DNA of 64,000 bases from Wolinella sp. (GTDB lineage: Bacteria > Campylobacterota > Campylobacteria > Campylobacterales > Helicobacteraceae), in contig JBQNBC010000002.1 of assembly GCA_052170135.1 (NCBI GenBank), forward strand, positions 127,426 to 191,425, read 5' to 3'. The translations under genes and the position numbers were made by a program. Shown in pieces: positions 61,068 through 64,000 of this stretch. The notes beneath the pieces are model-generated. The model saw only the letters and a list, made by a program, of their open reading frames with translations. It was not told the DNA's origin and ran no database searches. The number at the start of each line of letters is the position of its first letter. Within the stretch, counting starts at the first letter, position 1.

Positions 61068-63446
61068 CTAAGGCAAATACCCAGTAGTATCAACATCAAA
61101 ATCAAAAAACTCAGACATAAAGCCAATATTCCCAATCGTGCCAAATTGAATTGCCGCCGCCTTTAGATTCTTTGCCTCCTGCTGAAGCAGTCCAAGCGCA
61201 TAACGACTCTCGTAATTTGTTGGAGCTTCAAGCTTTGCTAGTTGCAATAGTGCCACGGCATTATCATGATGCCCAGCACCAATAGCCGCAACCGCCGCCA
61301 AAAACATAGTTTGAGAATCGCGCTCATCCATATCATCAATAAGCGAATTATAAAGAACAAATGCCTTTTCAAATTCTCGCAAATATATACTAGAGAGTGC
61401 CAGTGCTTGCGTTATCCCACGCACCTCTCTACGCTCGCTAATAAGTTTATCATCAAGAATTTGCTGCGTGTGACGAAGCGTACCAATGTTGTATCCTACG
61501 TAAATATATAGTTCACGCGCGAGCGCCGGACCATAATATAATGCCTCTAAGAATCCATTCTCACGATAAAAGCTTTGTGCTTTCAAAGATAGATCTTTCA
61601 TATCATCGCCATAATGATCAGCTAACAGTATAAGTAGAGATGAGATGAGGTCGTTTGGCACTTGCTCATTCAATCTTTTTGCGGCATTTAGCATGCGTTC
61701 TTTACTACCAAGCTGCGCACCAAGAGCAAACTCAAGCGCAAAATAGATACTCTTTGGCATCGTGACACTCTCTAACCACTCCATGTCAGCTATCTGTCCA
61801 CCTTGCGTATAACCAAGCAGCGATAGATAAAACTGCCTATCATCACTCTCAAGTCGCCCACTCTCAATCTCGCTCGCTACAATATCCTCAATACGATCGT
61901 ATGCCCTAAAAGTTAGCTTTGCGCACATTATGGCAAAGATTCCTGGCAATATATCTCGACTATTTAAGTGATGTGAGCGCAGAAAATGACGATATGCTGA
62001 GTCAAAATCACCAAGTTGCGCGTATGATAAACCTAGATTGTAATGAAGAATCGCATGATTTGGATACTCCTCGACCACGCTTTTTAACAGCCGATTTGCC
62101 TCACGTGTGTTATTTTGGAGCGTCTCTTTTATAGCTCGCGCGATATTTAAATTTACCTTTGATATAGTCGAGCCCTTAACCAGCACATCTTTCGCCTCTT
62201 CGATATCGTTTAATACGATATTCATACCGCCCTGTTTGATAAAAACGAGTGCCTGCTCAGCGTCAAAAACCTTATATGGCGCATAGTAAAAAAATATCTT
62301 ATAGGCTATTAGATGACGCGAGGAAAAATCACTCCAAAATTTACTCTGCGCCTCGTGTACATCAAAAAGGGTTTCTTTGAGTCGTACTTTTATCGGATAT
62401 ATAGATGCTATCTCACGCTCATTATCTCCAGCATACCTATCAAGAGTGGAGGCTACATTGCCCATCTCACCAAGCTTTGCATCAATAAGAGCCATAGCCA
62501 TATATGGACGTGGCGATGTATCTCCAGTCTCTATATGGCGCATGATATAACTCTGGGCACTCATGTAATCGCCAACCCTAGCTGAAAGCAATCCAAGGTC
62601 AAAGTAGTCACTGCTACGAGCATTTCGCTCTAGAAACTTGAGCGCACTTTGATTATCTCCATAGTAAAGATGTAGCTTTGCTAAAAGATGATCCACCTCG
62701 CTTGCATAGTGCGTATTTTGAAAGTGCGTAAGTGGTGAAATCACCTCAAAGTAGTAACCTTTATAATATTGAACCAGCGCATATAGATATGGATACAGTG
62801 GTAGATTTGCTGCTTCTGGTAGGTATGCCTCGGCCAAATCAACATAGTACCTATAAAGTGGCGCATTTTGGAGCCAATATGCACTTATGGCAGCATTTAC
62901 AGCACTCATAGCCCTATCTTCACCAGAATCAATAGCCCTCTTAAAAGACTCAATAGCAAGCTTGTGATTCCCCTCTTTTGCCTGCGCTACACCTAGATTG
63001 AAATTCGATAGAGATTCCGAAAAGTTAGAGATGCTTTCATAAAGAGTCAACGCCTCTCCACGTGCACCCTCTTCATATAGAACACTAGCCTTTTTTATCA
63101 TACTTTCTAAGCGAGATACATCGACTGGCTGATTCTCAAGCGTTAGATTCTTTAAGATTGGTTGCTGAGTCATATCCATGCTTGGAGCCTGCGGGACAGA
63201 ATCAGATTCTTCACCGCCTAGCATCAAGAGTAGCACGATAATCGCAACCAACAAAAAAACTACAACGCCACCGCCAATAGCTCCATAAAGCCATCGCTTA
63301 TCACTCTTTATTTTTTCGCGTAGCACATTAATCTGTACGAGAATCTGCTCTTTTTTGCTTAGCGGTGCAGCGGGCTTGTCATCCTTGACATCAAGCGCAA
63401 AATCATCGACATCATCATCAAGTCTTATGACATTATCTTCTGCCAC
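61068..63446 (-). CDS. pflB: TPR flagellar motor scaffold protein PflB-like
   Basis: MAE.. acidic N-terminus, single TM helix, multiple TPRs, ends FFDFDVD; directly downstream of serS, as with C. jejuni cj0389-cj0390. Confidence 0.8.
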   Translation of the reverse strand: MAEDNVIRLDDDVDDFALDVKDDKPAAPLSKKEQILVQINVLREKIKSDKRWLYGAIGGGVVVFLLVAIIVLLLMLGGEESDSVPQAPSMDMTQQPILKNLTLENQPVDVSRLESMIKKASVLYEEGARGEALTLYESISNFSESLSNFNLGVAQAKEGNHKLAIESFKRAIDSGEDRAMSAVNAAISAYWLQNAPLYRYYVDLAEAYLPEAANLPLYPYLYALVQYYKGYYFEVISPLTHFQNTHYASEVDHLLAKLHLYYGDNQSALKFLERNARSSDYFDLGLLSARVGDYMSAQSYIMRHIETGDTSPRPYMAMALIDAKLGEMGNVASTLDRYAGDNEREIASIYPIKVRLKETLFDVHEAQSKFWSDFSSRHLIAYKIFFYYAPYKVFDAEQALVFIKQGGMNIVLNDIEEAKDVLVKGSTISKVNLNIARAIKETLQNNTREANRLLKSVVEEYPNHAILHYNLGLSYAQLGDFDSAYRHFLRSHHLNSRDILPGIFAIMCAKLTFRAYDRIEDIVASEIESGRLESDDRQFYLSLLGYTQGGQIADMEWLESVTMPKSIYFALEFALGAQLGSKERMLNAAKRLNEQVPNDLISSLLILLADHYGDDMKDLSLKAQSFYRENGFLEALYYGPALARELYIYVGYNIGTLRHTQQILDDKLISERREVRGITQALALSSIYLREFEKAFVLYNSLIDDMDERDSQTMFLAAVAAIGAGHHDNAVALLQLAKLEAPTNYESRYALGLLQQEAKNLKAAAIQFGTIGNIGFMSEFFDFDVDTTGYLP

Positions 63447-63472
63447 GATTCCCTCCGCTTGTGCCTAGATTC

Positions 63473-64000
<528 letters not shown>

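Overview
Core-chromosome segment of a Campylobacterota bacterium, most likely Helicobacteraceae (enterohepatic Helicobacter/Wolinella-like), judged from gene order and protein style. Left to right: a long minus-strand operon (prepilin peptidase, lptF, truA, TauE-like, ADP-heptose genes gmhB-hldD-hldE-gmhA, a Cys-rich hypothetical, and class III RNR nrdD running off the left edge); a frameshifted pilin gene; a cytochrome c; the rpiB-apt-trpB-dedA-pepA-ychF-radical SAM operon; a GAF-GGDEF-PAS-GGDEF-EAL gene with a premature stop and an A9G9 leader tract; ppsA; an MFP-RND efflux pair with a decayed TolC; rnpB; a TonB-dependent receptor; a dynamin-like pair; a non-canonical chemosensory operon (STAS-like, cheA, cheR, His-less kinase, cheD, cheB, PAS kinase; no MCP, CheW or CheY); cdsA-dxr; the kef-pepF cluster; a two-component system; pflB; and partial serS. 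No CRISPR array, IS element, tRNA or rRNA was recognised. Most interesting signals: (1) the receptor-less che module containing a kinase with Asn in place of the phospho-His; (2) strong enrichment of GAWTC, which also forms terminator stems, as DNA uptake sequences do; (3) three unlinked small proteins with flagellar sigma promoters and a shared C-terminal motif; (4) two apparent ATA start codons. All family assignments are by eye; no database searches were run.
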